From: a virus
Taxonomy: Duplodnaviria > Caudoviricetes
IMG/VR virus record: IMGVR_UViG_3300034157_000065
Location: 1-64,000 of that record
Strand: one strand, 5' to 3'
DNA: 64,000 bases
A program made the translations under genes and the position numbers. This document shows positions 1 through 9,442 of the stretch, piece by piece. The notes beneath the pieces were generated by a model. It was not told the DNA's origin. It worked only from the letters and a program-made list of their open reading frames with translations, and ran no database searches. Positions within the stretch are counted from its first letter, which is position 1; each line of letters opens with the position of its first letter.

Positions 1-612
1 ATGAAAAGCTCTCAATGCGTCATGATGGTATTGCCCATACTATTGCATGTGTATTTAATGTATTTCTATGAAAAACCCAATGCTTTATTCCTTATGGTTA
101 ATCAATTTACAATCTTGATATCTTCATTGACACTTTTACTGATCTTTTTTAGGGCTTTTAGTCATTCATCCGCGATCAGTTTTTGTGCTGTTTTATTGAG
201 CTTTCTGTTTTATTTGAATGCGTATTTTAATGTGATGGATACCAATATCATTACTGGTATTTATTTGTCTTTACTGCTTTTTGGATCTATTTTCACTTCA
301 ATAAAATCTTTAATAACCATACAGGAAATTCATCAGATTGAGGGATTGAGAAAACTTCCTAAGTATGACTGCATTGAAATATCAGCTATCTCTAACTTTG
401 AAGACTCTTATGAAAAATTAGACCCGTATCAAAAGAACTTTACTAAATTTAAGTTTTACTACAAAAACTGCTATGCTTATGGTGGACAAATTTATTACAA
501 CGATGAAAAACATGACTTTTCCAATGTCAATAATTACCTCAATGAGCAGAAAATTGACATAAATCGGCTAACATCTGACGATTTCAAGCTGATATCTATG
601 ATTTTTATATGA
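1..612 (+). CDS. Membrane protein (about 4 N-terminal TM segments) with C-terminal M-x-x-I tag; paralogue of 17623..18252; may be 5'-truncated by the window edge
   Basis: Hydrophobic N-half; ends DDFKLISMIFI; soluble C-half aligns by eye with 17623..18252. Confidence 0.75.
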   Translation: MKSSQCVMMVLPILLHVYLMYFYEKPNALFLMVNQFTILISSLTLLLIFFRAFSHSSAISFCAVLLSFLFYLNAYFNVMDTNIITGIYLSLLLFGSIFTSIKSLITIQEIHQIEGLRKLPKYDCIEISAISNFEDSYEKLDPYQKNFTKFKFYYKNCYAYGGQIYYNDEKHDFSNVNNYLNEQKIDINRLTSDDFKLISMIFI

Positions 613-688
613 TTTTTTGATTTTTTTTGTTGCTTTTTAAATAATAAGTATGTTAATATATAACAACTTAAATAGTGAGGATATAATC

Positions 689-991
689 ATGAATAATCAA
701 CATTGTTTCTACGCTCTAAAAGATGGTAAATCATATCGTTCATTCAACCAGAATCCACTTCATTTCAAAATGTTTGAACAGGAAACTCCAATCAAGGTTG
801 TTGTCAATGTTTTAAATGATGAAGCCGAAAAATTTACTCATGTTGGGTTGCTGAATCAAAAAGGTCGCCTTGAACATATTCATACCGAAGCTAAACATGT
901 TAAAACATTTTTGGGTTTGAAAGAAGACGAAGAAGTTCCAGTCTACTCTGGTCGCATTGTTAAACTTCATGCGGCTGTCTTTGAAAGTTAA
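689..991 (+). CDS. Hypothetical protein
   Basis: GAGG RBS before ATG 689; terminator follows. Confidence 0.75.
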   Translation: MNNQHCFYALKDGKSYRSFNQNPLHFKMFEQETPIKVVVNVLNDEAEKFTHVGLLNQKGRLEHIHTEAKHVKTFLGLKEDEEVPVYSGRIVKLHAAVFES

Positions 992-1006
992 TTATTTAAG
1001 ATAGAG

Positions 1007-1036
1007 AAAAGGACATCATGAGATGTCCTTTTTTTT
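1007..1036. terminator. Bidirectional intrinsic terminator
   Basis: AAAAGGACATC-ATGA-GATGTCCTTTTTTT between convergent genes. Confidence 0.8.
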
Positions 1037-1037
1037 A

Positions 1038-1388
1038 TTAAGAATAATGTGTAAAAACATAAATAGTAAGGTTTAATTCATCTTCTGTAAAACCAAATGT
1101 CTCAACCAGTTCTTTTTTTAGCTTTTTATCACTGAATACTTTCTTATCAATCTCAGTCATTGGTATACCTTCGTAGCTTTCTCTGGATTTAGCAATCAGT
1201 TTACCAATGAAGGCATATTCACCAGACATTCCATCAACGATGACAACAGTATCACCTTTCTTTTGAGTTCTTCGGTTGGTATAAGCATCATGAAGACTAT
1301 CATTTTCTTCTATGTTATATTTTTCATTGTAGTCATCATAGGTCATTTTAATACCCAGTATGATGTAATGATTTTCGTTAACTGACAT
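1038..1388 (-). CDS. Hypothetical protein; distant paralogue of 32449..32826
   Basis: AGGAG RBS; both start MSVN..(Y/I)(I/L)IL and are acidic with similar length. Confidence 0.75.
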   Translation of the reverse strand: MSVNENHYIILGIKMTYDDYNEKYNIEENDSLHDAYTNRRTQKKGDTVVIVDGMSGEYAFIGKLIAKSRESYEGIPMTEIDKKVFSDKKLKKELVETFGFTEDELNLTIYVFTHYS

Positions 1389-1718
1389 GGGTGTTTACTC
1401 CTTTTAGAAACCTAATTATACCTTAATGATTTAAAAGATTCAATCAAAAGATACGCTCATTTATGTAAATTTCATAATGGCACTCTTGATTTTTACGGAT
1501 ATTTGCACCTAATTTTGATATTTTACTGTTTTTAAAGCATTTAAAAATATTTTAAAAATAACATGTGCTAATTATATTAACACGGAAAAATGACATGTAC
1601 ATGGTTTTTATGGGTGTTTTTTATAGACTATTTTTAGAAGATCTTAAAAAAATGATATAGCTTATTTTATATTGTTTATTTTGTGTTATACTGTAATCAA
1701 CAACAGTATGGAATTATT

Positions 1719-2165
1719 ATGGAACAAAATGCTAATGAAAACAAATATGTTAAAATCATCACTGATGCTTTAAATACCGCACAAGAAATGCTTGCAAATA
1801 ATAATTTAATTTTCGAAAAAGTTTTACCGCCAGCTCTTGCACAAGAAACAGAGCTTCGTGGACGTGGTGTTGGATTTATGTTCGATGAAATTAAAAATAA
1901 AGTATCTAATGGAGATTCTTTACTTCCACATGAAGTTATCACAGTTAACCGTGCTCTTGTAGAATATGTTCAGAAAGTAGAGCTTGCTCAATCTCATTTT
2001 ATGTATATGCATGAGGATTTAAACCAGCTCAGACATTTTAAAGAAGCTGTTAGAGATATACATCATGTTCAAATAGACTTTAATGCCAAGGTTGCTTTGG
2101 ATGCTAGCAATAAAAATGATCTTGATGAAGTTAAATCAAGATTGAACATCAGACCAAGACCGTAA
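1719..2165 (+). CDS. Hypothetical helical protein with basic C-terminal tail
   Basis: ORF after TGTTATACT extended -10; ends KSRLNIRPRP. Confidence 0.75.
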   Translation: MEQNANENKYVKIITDALNTAQEMLANNNLIFEKVLPPALAQETELRGRGVGFMFDEIKNKVSNGDSLLPHEVITVNRALVEYVQKVELAQSHFMYMHEDLNQLRHFKEAVRDIHHVQIDFNAKVALDASNKNDLDEVKSRLNIRPRP

Positions 2166-2180
2166 GGTTATCAATACACA

Positions 2181-2237
2181 AAAGACATCTCAGGATGTCT
2201 TTTTTTTGTTGAATTCTTCTTTCGTTTGCGGTATACT
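2181..2237 (+). promoter_or_regulatory. Terminator directly fused to a sigma70 promoter
   Basis: AAAGACATC-TCAG-GATGTCTTTTTTTT then TTGAAT(2209)-17 nt-TATACT(2232). Confidence 0.75.
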
Positions 2238-2272
2238 AGCCATCTCATTTAAACAAACACGAGGATTTAACT

Positions 2273-2593
2273 ATGTCTCAACAACAAGGTCAACAAAAAC
2301 AACAACCCATTGAAGTTCATCTGTTCAATGCCAAACTGCATATGGTCGGCCATAACTACATGTTCCCGAAAGGTTCGGTTGTTCACATCCACAAACGTGT
2401 TGACGACAACAAATCCAAAAAAAGTGTTTTCCAAGGTCTGCATTTTAGTAACGGTACTGTGGTTGAAGTTCAGTTTGACGCCAAAACACTTCGTCACCTG
2501 AACTGGGATGAAAAGCCTGATCGGACTGCTTATCATGTTACTTTGGTTCAATCGGAAGTGGATGCACTCAACCTGCCAGCACTGCCAGTTTAA
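2273..2593 (+). CDS. Hypothetical protein
   Basis: GAGG RBS, promoter upstream, biased codon usage. Confidence 0.75.
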   Translation: MSQQQGQQKQQPIEVHLFNAKLHMVGHNYMFPKGSVVHIHKRVDDNKSKKSVFQGLHFSNGTVVEVQFDAKTLRHLNWDEKPDRTAYHVTLVQSEVDALNLPALPV

Positions 2594-2651
2594 TAAACGT
2601 CTGCAGTCTTCATTAACCGTGTCCGGTTCGCCGGACATTGAGGAATACAAT

Positions 2652-2864
2652 ATGAGCCTTTCGAAGAAAGTTATCAGTGTTTATTTTGAAGACTTGTCAG
2701 TAGACGATGACGTTATCATTTGGGATCGTGATCATAACGCTCACGGAGCTACTGGTAAGGTTTATCATCTGGACACGACCACTCGGATGGTTTCAGTGGT
2801 GACAACAGGCTGTGTCGATACGTGGGAAGGAATGGCGGATGGACTTCAAAAAGTTATTTCATGA
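2652..2864 (+). CDS. Small SH3/KOW-like hypothetical protein
   Basis: GAGGA RBS before ATG 2652; beta-rich pattern. Confidence 0.65.
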   Translation: MSLSKKVISVYFEDLSVDDDVIIWDRDHNAHGATGKVYHLDTTTRMVSVVTTGCVDTWEGMADGLQKVIS

Positions 2865-2893
2865 ATAAAAAAACTCACTTTTCAGTGAGTTTT

Positions 2894-3361
2894 TTATTGT
2901 CTAAATCCTATATCATCTTCGTCATCTTCTGGGTCGTATTCTTCCATGTTTGTTGAAAATAGTTGATTGCAATCATTCATAAAATCTTCAATAATTTCAT
3001 CTTTAAATTGTGGTTGAAAATTAACTATCCAATTTGAAATAGTTGTACCTACAAAATAGAAATAATATTCATTTTTTCGATAAGTAATAATGTATTGTTT
3101 GTTATCAATGGTAGTAAATACACCAATCAAGAACTTTTCTATCTCATATAAAAATATAGTTCTTGATAAGACAAAAGCAATTCTATGCAGTGCATGATCA
3201 TAAGTTTTATTTTTTTTCGTTATTTCTTTATTAATATATTTTTTGAAAAATAGCATTTCGTTTTCAGATATTTCACTAACATCTGTAATCTTAAAATTAA
3301 AATGTTTTTTTAATAAATTTTTATATTCTTCTGATAACATTTGTTTTACATTATTATTCAT
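2894..3361 (-). CDS. Putative immunity protein for the upstream nuclease toxin
   Basis: 155 aa, directly downstream of and co-oriented with the toxin gene; function inferred from position only. Confidence 0.45.
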   Translation of the reverse strand: MNNNVKQMLSEEYKNLLKKHFNFKITDVSEISENEMLFFKKYINKEITKKNKTYDHALHRIAFVLSRTIFLYEIEKFLIGVFTTIDNKQYIITYRKNEYYFYFVGTTISNWIVNFQPQFKDEIIEDFMNDCNQLFSTNMEEYDPEDDEDDIGFRQ

Positions 3362-3400
3362 AATTAAACTCCACTTTTTTCAATTATTATTTTATTTTTT

Positions 3401-4378
3401 TTAATCATATAGACATAGTTTGTAATTGCGTTTAAATACACCTTGCATAGCGTTTATAATTTTAGGGTTATGCAAGTCAACGCTTAATCCATAATAAGCA
3501 AAATCTTTGACAGTTGCAAGCTTTAAGTTATAAGAATCAATACTTGATATAAATTCATCCTTAATAATTGCAAAATAATTTAAATGAAACATCTTTTTAA
3601 ACATTGATAATTGATCGATTTCATTAGATTTTTTGTATCCATATGTCCTACCTACTGAATGTGTGTCTTCATGTATTTCAACAGCAGTTGCATTATTATT
3701 TATAGTCAATCCAGTAGAAACATCTCTACTTAAAAAAGGTAATTTATCTCTTCTTGAAATATATTTTAAAACTGCACCTATAGATGGGATATGATCATGC
3801 TCCAAATGATCATCAATTCTTGCATTATATGTTAATCCTTTATATGAAGCATAATCCCATTCTTCTACTGGACTTCCTTGACCACCAGTAAAATAATAAG
3901 GTGGATATATTCCATCAGACTTCTTTCTTTTTATTTTTATTTCTTGTTTATTTAGACATGAATATTTTCTATCATTTTCGATTTCTTTTAATATAACTTG
4001 TGTTAAATATATATAATTTGTTTTGAATAAATCTATATCTGCATTTAAAGTTTTAGCTCTTTCGGCTGTGTTCATATTTAATTCTATGAAAATATCTCTT
4101 GACCTTTTAGCTATACTATCACCTCCCATAAATGGCATTGTAACCATATAGTAGGACAACATACTTGCAAGAGCGGCTTCGACTTTTGGATTCTCAATTG
4201 CCTTTTTGAGAAAAGTAATAGTTGTTTTTCTACCTTGACCTGTCATTAAATAAGTAGATGCTCTTTTTAATACTGTATAAGCAATTGCTTTCTTAACAAC
4301 TCCCGCTTGGGCAGATCCTATACCAGTTAATAATATTACTGAAATCATTAAAATTTTGAAAAGTTTTTTAATATTCAT
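3401..4378 (-). CDS. Secreted nuclease toxin with a pyocin S3/carocin-like DNase C-terminal domain
   Basis: Sec signal (MNIKK...GSAQA); C-terminal motifs LEHDHIPS and NATAVEIHEDTHSVGRTYG, recalled from S3-type bacteriocin/T6SS nuclease domains; start chosen from AAGGA RBS. Confidence 0.6.
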   Translation of the reverse strand: MNIKKLFKILMISVILLTGIGSAQAGVVKKAIAYTVLKRASTYLMTGQGRKTTITFLKKAIENPKVEAALASMLSYYMVTMPFMGGDSIAKRSRDIFIELNMNTAERAKTLNADIDLFKTNYIYLTQVILKEIENDRKYSCLNKQEIKIKRKKSDGIYPPYYFTGGQGSPVEEWDYASYKGLTYNARIDDHLEHDHIPSIGAVLKYISRRDKLPFLSRDVSTGLTINNNATAVEIHEDTHSVGRTYGYKKSNEIDQLSMFKKMFHLNYFAIIKDEFISSIDSYNLKLATVKDFAYYGLSVDLHNPKIINAMQGVFKRNYKLCLYD

Positions 4379-4574
4379 AGTCATTCCTTTAAGAAGTGTG
4401 ATGATATCATATTGATTTTTAAATATCAAGTTTATTTTTGACTTTTTAGTTTTCTCATATAGATTAATAGTAAATAAGGCATTTTGTAGATATGCCTACC
4501 TAATCACTACATGGGAAGCCAACGCCATCTACCAAACTAAATAATTTGATAAAGTGATATCGGAGCATACACAC

Positions 4575-6218
4575 ATGAAAACAATCTATTTCATCGACAA
4601 CGAGTCGATCAAAAGAACGGCTAAGGCTATTCAAAAAACAAACCCAACTTTCAAACACACTGTCATACTGGATGATTTGGCTAAATTACTTGGCTATACA
4701 TCTTATAATGAGTATGAACACTATTTAACTAATGTCATCCTTTCTAAAAATTCTGGCTTACATAATCTTAAAGCATTAACAAAGATAGATTCAATGGAGC
4801 TATTGGGATTAAAAGATAAGTTTTTGTCTCAATTACGTGAAAGAAACTATTCAGTTGATGCACTATACTTTATTAACAAAATTATAGATAATCAAAAACA
4901 AGGCTTTCTTGAACATTCATATCTTGATCTGAAAAGTTATATCTATTATTTGCCTTTCATATTTAAAGAAACTGACACTATTACAACAACCGACTCGGGT
5001 TTAATTCGACATGGAAAGTTACAAGACATTATTAAAATTGTCATAGATGAATATAATAGAATGGATTTGGAATCCATCCATTTTATTATTCGTCAATTAA
5101 AATCATCGCCTGACTACTCGGCTGATGTGGACTTATATTCTCAGTTTACTCATTTAAACGATAATTTAAAAACACGCGGAATATACTACTACATTAAATC
5201 CATTCTTGAAGATTTTGAATATGATGAAGGCATTTTAACAAAACTTATTTTTAATGGCGATAGCATTGAAAAGATAGAACATGAATTGAATTTCATACTC
5301 AGTAAGAAAGATAATGTTGCAATACCCGTATTCTTCAAAGAAGATAAGCAATTATTTTTAAATAATTATTTCCCATTTATACGCTCAGTGATTAATGAAA
5401 GCAATCCTTTTGTTTTTGGAAAACATGTAAATCAGAAACCATTCTTTGCTGATATGTCTTATTTACGCTCAAATATTTCATTGATTGGGGTTCCGGGTTG
5501 TGGAAAAGGAGCTTTCTTATATACGTTCATATTTCAGCTTTTAATGAATAATAGAGGCGTTTGTATTCTGAATACAATTGGCGAGACTTATATGGATCGT
5601 TATATTGATCATATGGCAACTTCTTTGAACAAAAAGAATGATATTTTTGTATTCAATCAAGATTCTAATATTAGATCGATATCCAGTGCTGTTCATAATG
5701 ATAAAATTCTTTTAACCAGTTGTGCAAGACGTATGGATGCAAGACGCGGGATAGATATACAACAAACAGGTATGGAGAGATTTGAGAATATATTAAGTGG
5801 ATTAACAGAACACTTCTTTACTAATAAATTTAAGACAAAAAAAGTTCCTTTTTACATTATTATTGAAGACTCTCACACATTAAGTAATATCAGTTTAAAA
5901 GCACGTCTAATGATAGAAAAGTTAAATGCTTTAAATATTTTTCTTGTTTTTGATAATCAAGTTCATGAAGATTCGATTGCTTCTGTTTGTGATGTTCAAT
6001 TAATTTCTAATTCGTCTTTTAGATTTTTCAGCAAAAGTCGTAATTTTGAGTTTAGTAAATTAATGGAAGTATTAGAAAATACGAAAACCATCATTGGAAA
6101 AGAAGGCCCGTCAAGATTGTTACCACCTGTTTTTAGTGTTATCTATAAAGGTTCATACATTGATCAGTTTATCATAGAGGTTGATGATGGTTTATTTAAC
6201 AATCTTCCTAATCCATAA
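4575..6218 (+). CDS. P-loop ATPase (TraD/VirD4/VirB4/HerA-like) with a small N-terminal helical domain
   Basis: Walker A LIGVPGCGKG, Walker B-like FYIIIED; N-terminal KRTAKAI...LAKLLGYTSYNE; GGAG RBS before ATG 4575. Confidence 0.65.
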   Translation: MKTIYFIDNESIKRTAKAIQKTNPTFKHTVILDDLAKLLGYTSYNEYEHYLTNVILSKNSGLHNLKALTKIDSMELLGLKDKFLSQLRERNYSVDALYFINKIIDNQKQGFLEHSYLDLKSYIYYLPFIFKETDTITTTDSGLIRHGKLQDIIKIVIDEYNRMDLESIHFIIRQLKSSPDYSADVDLYSQFTHLNDNLKTRGIYYYIKSILEDFEYDEGILTKLIFNGDSIEKIEHELNFILSKKDNVAIPVFFKEDKQLFLNNYFPFIRSVINESNPFVFGKHVNQKPFFADMSYLRSNISLIGVPGCGKGAFLYTFIFQLLMNNRGVCILNTIGETYMDRYIDHMATSLNKKNDIFVFNQDSNIRSISSAVHNDKILLTSCARRMDARRGIDIQQTGMERFENILSGLTEHFFTNKFKTKKVPFYIIIEDSHTLSNISLKARLMIEKLNALNIFLVFDNQVHEDSIASVCDVQLISNSSFRFFSKSRNFEFSKLMEVLENTKTIIGKEGPSRLLPPVFSVIYKGSYIDQFIIEVDDGLFNNLPNP

Positions 6219-6321
6219 CAGATAAGCTCCTAGCGAGCTTTTCTTTTATTTACTTTTAAAAAATACATTTTCAAGTTTGACAAAATAGATATTTGAGCTA
6301 CATTATTTGTGGGAGAATTCT

Positions 6322-7146
6322 ATGAAATGGTTAAATAAATATTTTAATAAAAAAGTCACTAATGAAGATTTATTTCTAAATCATTTGAAGTCAACTTATG
6401 ATTTTGATGAAGCCTGCATAATTAAAAAAGATAATCCCGATTTTCTAACTATTATTAAAATTATTGCGTCGTCAGTTGTAGATAAAAATAATAAACCACT
6501 GGGTATAACCACACCAGACCCTAGTGTAGTTGAGAAATTAATACAAAAGATCCAATCAGAATGTGAATATTCTATTATTAAATTTTCACGTAACTACACT
6601 ATGTCAAAAGATCATCATTATGTTTTATTTTCAACCAATGTTAATGGCTACAGCATTCCTTTTAAATATTTGACTGATATTAATTTATTTGGTGAATTTC
6701 CTTACTTTAATTCATTTGAGCATGAAAAAAACTTGAAAAAAATAAAAAATTATAGGTTTATAAATAACAATCCTCGCCTGATACCTTCTTATTCAATTAG
6801 GATTCCATTAAAAGCAGATGGAAGATTAGCGAATTATACAGATTTTTTCTATACTGGCAGCGATTCTTGTTATCGTGATGTAGAAGTGATTATTGATGTA
6901 CATGAATTAGATGATCAAACTCATTATTGTATACAATTATTTTATGGAATAACTCTCTTAAAAGAAGGGACTGTTTCTGATCTGTTAAATTTTTCTTTGT
7001 TTTTAGATGATTTTTTATTTCCTTACAATTTAACAGAAAATATTATTAATGAAGTTGGTATTCCATTGCCACTAGAATTCACACCAGAATTTGTAAAGTA
7101 CATGAACAAAGATTTTAAGCTTACTATTGATATGTTAAAAATATAA
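6322..7146 (+). CDS. Family A paralogue 1 (M-x-x-I tag)
   Basis: Shares LKxxYDxD and FxFP motifs with the next two genes; ends DFKLTIDMLKI. Confidence 0.8.
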   Translation: MKWLNKYFNKKVTNEDLFLNHLKSTYDFDEACIIKKDNPDFLTIIKIIASSVVDKNNKPLGITTPDPSVVEKLIQKIQSECEYSIIKFSRNYTMSKDHHYVLFSTNVNGYSIPFKYLTDINLFGEFPYFNSFEHEKNLKKIKNYRFINNNPRLIPSYSIRIPLKADGRLANYTDFFYTGSDSCYRDVEVIIDVHELDDQTHYCIQLFYGITLLKEGTVSDLLNFSLFLDDFLFPYNLTENIINEVGIPLPLEFTPEFVKYMNKDFKLTIDMLKI

Positions 7147-7158
7147 GGAGCTACAAGA

Positions 7159-8097
7159 ATGCCAATCATACCTAGAAAGAAAAGTATATCATCTACAATA
7201 ACACCATGCACCGATAGTTCACTGAATGCGTTATCCAATGCTTCTAATGAGAACTTTATGCAATACCTTAAAGAATTTTATGATTATGACGAAGTTTCCT
7301 TACATACATGTGAAAAAAATAATAAAGAATATGATTTAAATATCTTTGATGATGCTCTTCATTTTATATGTTTGAGTGTCTATGGAGATTATATGAAAGA
7401 TCAATATGCTCATTTTAAAAATAAAATTACTAACTATTTTGATGTCTTAAAAATTGTTAAATTAACCCATAACTATGAGAGACATTCTGTTAGTCATTAT
7501 TTAATTATTGATTCTTACTTTAATAAAGAAAATGAATATAAAATAATTATTCCGCATGATTGCAATGCCCTTAATCTTTTAAAAATAAAAGCAATGACGA
7601 TTAAACCCATCGATCTTCCTTATGAAGATTTTAATATGTTTTTTGAATTTAAAGAGATTAAGCATAAACTACCAACTTTTGATGTTTCTAATTTTTATTT
7701 TGAAACTGTGTTAGATATTAACTTGGAGGTACAGACATATCCTCCAATTCTTAAAGGTGAAGAAACTAAATCACATTATGGATTTAAATTATCAATTGGT
7801 GATTATACACGTAAAGCTCAAATAATTATAAGACACTATCCCGAAAATGTTGCTAACGAAGACAATTACATTTTGGATATAAAACTTGTACTAGGTGACT
7901 ATTTGATAAAAAGTGAAACAATCAAAGATATAATTTTTGTTAATGATCTAAATGAAACCATTGCGAAGTTTATCTTTCCGTTAGCTGAACATGTTGATTT
8001 CCTGAATGAACAAAATTTAAAACCAGAACTTACGAAAGAATTCATGGATCAAGATTTTAGTGATTTTTGGAATCTACACTTGATGTCACAAATATAA
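7159..8097 (+). CDS. Family A paralogue 2 (M-x-x-I tag)
   Basis: YLKEFYDYDE, FIFP; ends DFWNLHLMSQI. Confidence 0.8.
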   Translation: MPIIPRKKSISSTITPCTDSSLNALSNASNENFMQYLKEFYDYDEVSLHTCEKNNKEYDLNIFDDALHFICLSVYGDYMKDQYAHFKNKITNYFDVLKIVKLTHNYERHSVSHYLIIDSYFNKENEYKIIIPHDCNALNLLKIKAMTIKPIDLPYEDFNMFFEFKEIKHKLPTFDVSNFYFETVLDINLEVQTYPPILKGEETKSHYGFKLSIGDYTRKAQIIIRHYPENVANEDNYILDIKLVLGDYLIKSETIKDIIFVNDLNETIAKFIFPLAEHVDFLNEQNLKPELTKEFMDQDFSDFWNLHLMSQI

Positions 8098-8116
8098 ATG
8101 ATTTTTGGAGGAAGTT

Positions 8117-9046
8117 ATGTTTTGGAAAAGTAAAAATAAAAATCAAGATTTACAAATGACAGAAACATCTGTTACTCATACTAATCTACCGCTTGAAGAT
8201 CGCGATAAATTAGCTGAAACCAAGATAGTCAGAATGCTGACGTTTCTGAAAGCAAAATATGATTATGATGGTGTTGACTATTATCATTATCAGAAACCTT
8301 ATTCACAATATGCTGATTTATCAATTTTTGATTTGGCGTTAGGTTCTGTAACTGATAAGTATCTTGTCAAATACGGATTAGATGATGATTCTTCTTATGC
8401 TAAATCATTTAAAGAAGTTTTATTGAATAAGTTTTATTCTATTAAAATAGTCCATCTGTTTCGTTCTTATGGCGTCACTAGAAGAAGTGCCTATTTATTT
8501 ATTTATACTACATGTGATGATGATAACAATATTAGAGTGATTATACCTGATGATTACAATTTTTCTAATTTATTTGATGTTAAAGAGTACAATGACCCTT
8601 TTCTAACTTGCATAGATAAAAATTATATTACTAAATATGTAGAATTTAAAGAATTCGTTGACGGTGCTGGTAATTACAAATGTGGCTTAGAATCTGTTAA
8701 TGACATATTATTTAATGTTTCTGGTACGGGTGGTTGTATCTCTTTTAATACAGATGATCAAAACAATTCACGTTTTGGCAAACTCTGTGTTAGGTATTAT
8801 CCAGATGACGTTGATTATGATATAGATTACAAAATAGATTATCAATTAAGCTATGGTAAAAAAATAATCAAACAATCCGTAGTTGATGACTATTTCTTGA
8901 ATCGATCCATAGAAAACTTTATATTTCCACTCAATCAACCCAATCAAAGATTGGATGAGTTTGGACTGACACCATCCTTTACAGAAGAATACATGTCTCA
9001 GGATTTTACTGACTTTTTGACTATCAAGGATATGTTGAAAATTTAA
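8117..9046 (+). CDS. Family A paralogue 3 (M-x-x-I tag)
   Basis: FLKAKYDYDG, FIFP; ends DFLTIKDMLKI; GGAGG RBS. Confidence 0.8.
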   Translation: MFWKSKNKNQDLQMTETSVTHTNLPLEDRDKLAETKIVRMLTFLKAKYDYDGVDYYHYQKPYSQYADLSIFDLALGSVTDKYLVKYGLDDDSSYAKSFKEVLLNKFYSIKIVHLFRSYGVTRRSAYLFIYTTCDDDNNIRVIIPDDYNFSNLFDVKEYNDPFLTCIDKNYITKYVEFKEFVDGAGNYKCGLESVNDILFNVSGTGGCISFNTDDQNNSRFGKLCVRYYPDDVDYDIDYKIDYQLSYGKKIIKQSVVDDYFLNRSIENFIFPLNQPNQRLDEFGLTPSFTEEYMSQDFTDFLTIKDMLKI

Positions 9047-9122
9047 ATTTATTTTTTAAAAGCCTTTGACGACATTATTTTCTATTGCTACCATATAAAC
9101 AGACGACAAGGAGATTTAAGAA

Positions 9123-9338
9123 ATGACTTATTTTAATGCAAAAGGCGAAAATCATTCTGGTAAAGAGCTTTTTGATCGTGATGGCTTTGTAAAGGTTGAT
9201 GTTCAGCATGAAATTGCGAATGTGGATCTGAATGAATACCCAGCACTATCAGAGATTGTTCGTTGCCATTATGCCCTCAAAGTATGGCACAGCCATCCAA
9301 ATGATATACCTCAAACCATCTTTTCTCGAATCAAATGA
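9123..9338 (+). CDS. Small hypothetical protein
   Basis: AGGAG RBS, terminator downstream. Confidence 0.65.
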   Translation: MTYFNAKGENHSGKELFDRDGFVKVDVQHEIANVDLNEYPALSEIVRCHYALKVWHSHPNDIPQTIFSRIK

Positions 9339-9377
9339 GAAATAAACAAAAATAGACCTCCTAGAGAGGTTTTTTTA

Positions 9378-9406
9378 TTGCATTGACACCATTATTTGTG
9401 TATAAT
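9378..9406 (+). promoter_or_regulatory. sigma70 promoter
   Basis: TTGCAT-17 nt-TATAAT with extended TG; directly after terminator GACCTC-CTAGA-GAGGTTTTTTT. Confidence 0.75.
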
Positions 9407-9442
9407 CGCTCCATCAACCTTCATCCACTCAGGAGTTTAATA

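Noticed and set aside
1389-1700. AT-rich intergenic region with ACATGT palindromes as a possible origin
   Set aside because: Only short palindromes expected by chance; it is adequately explained by divergent promoters.
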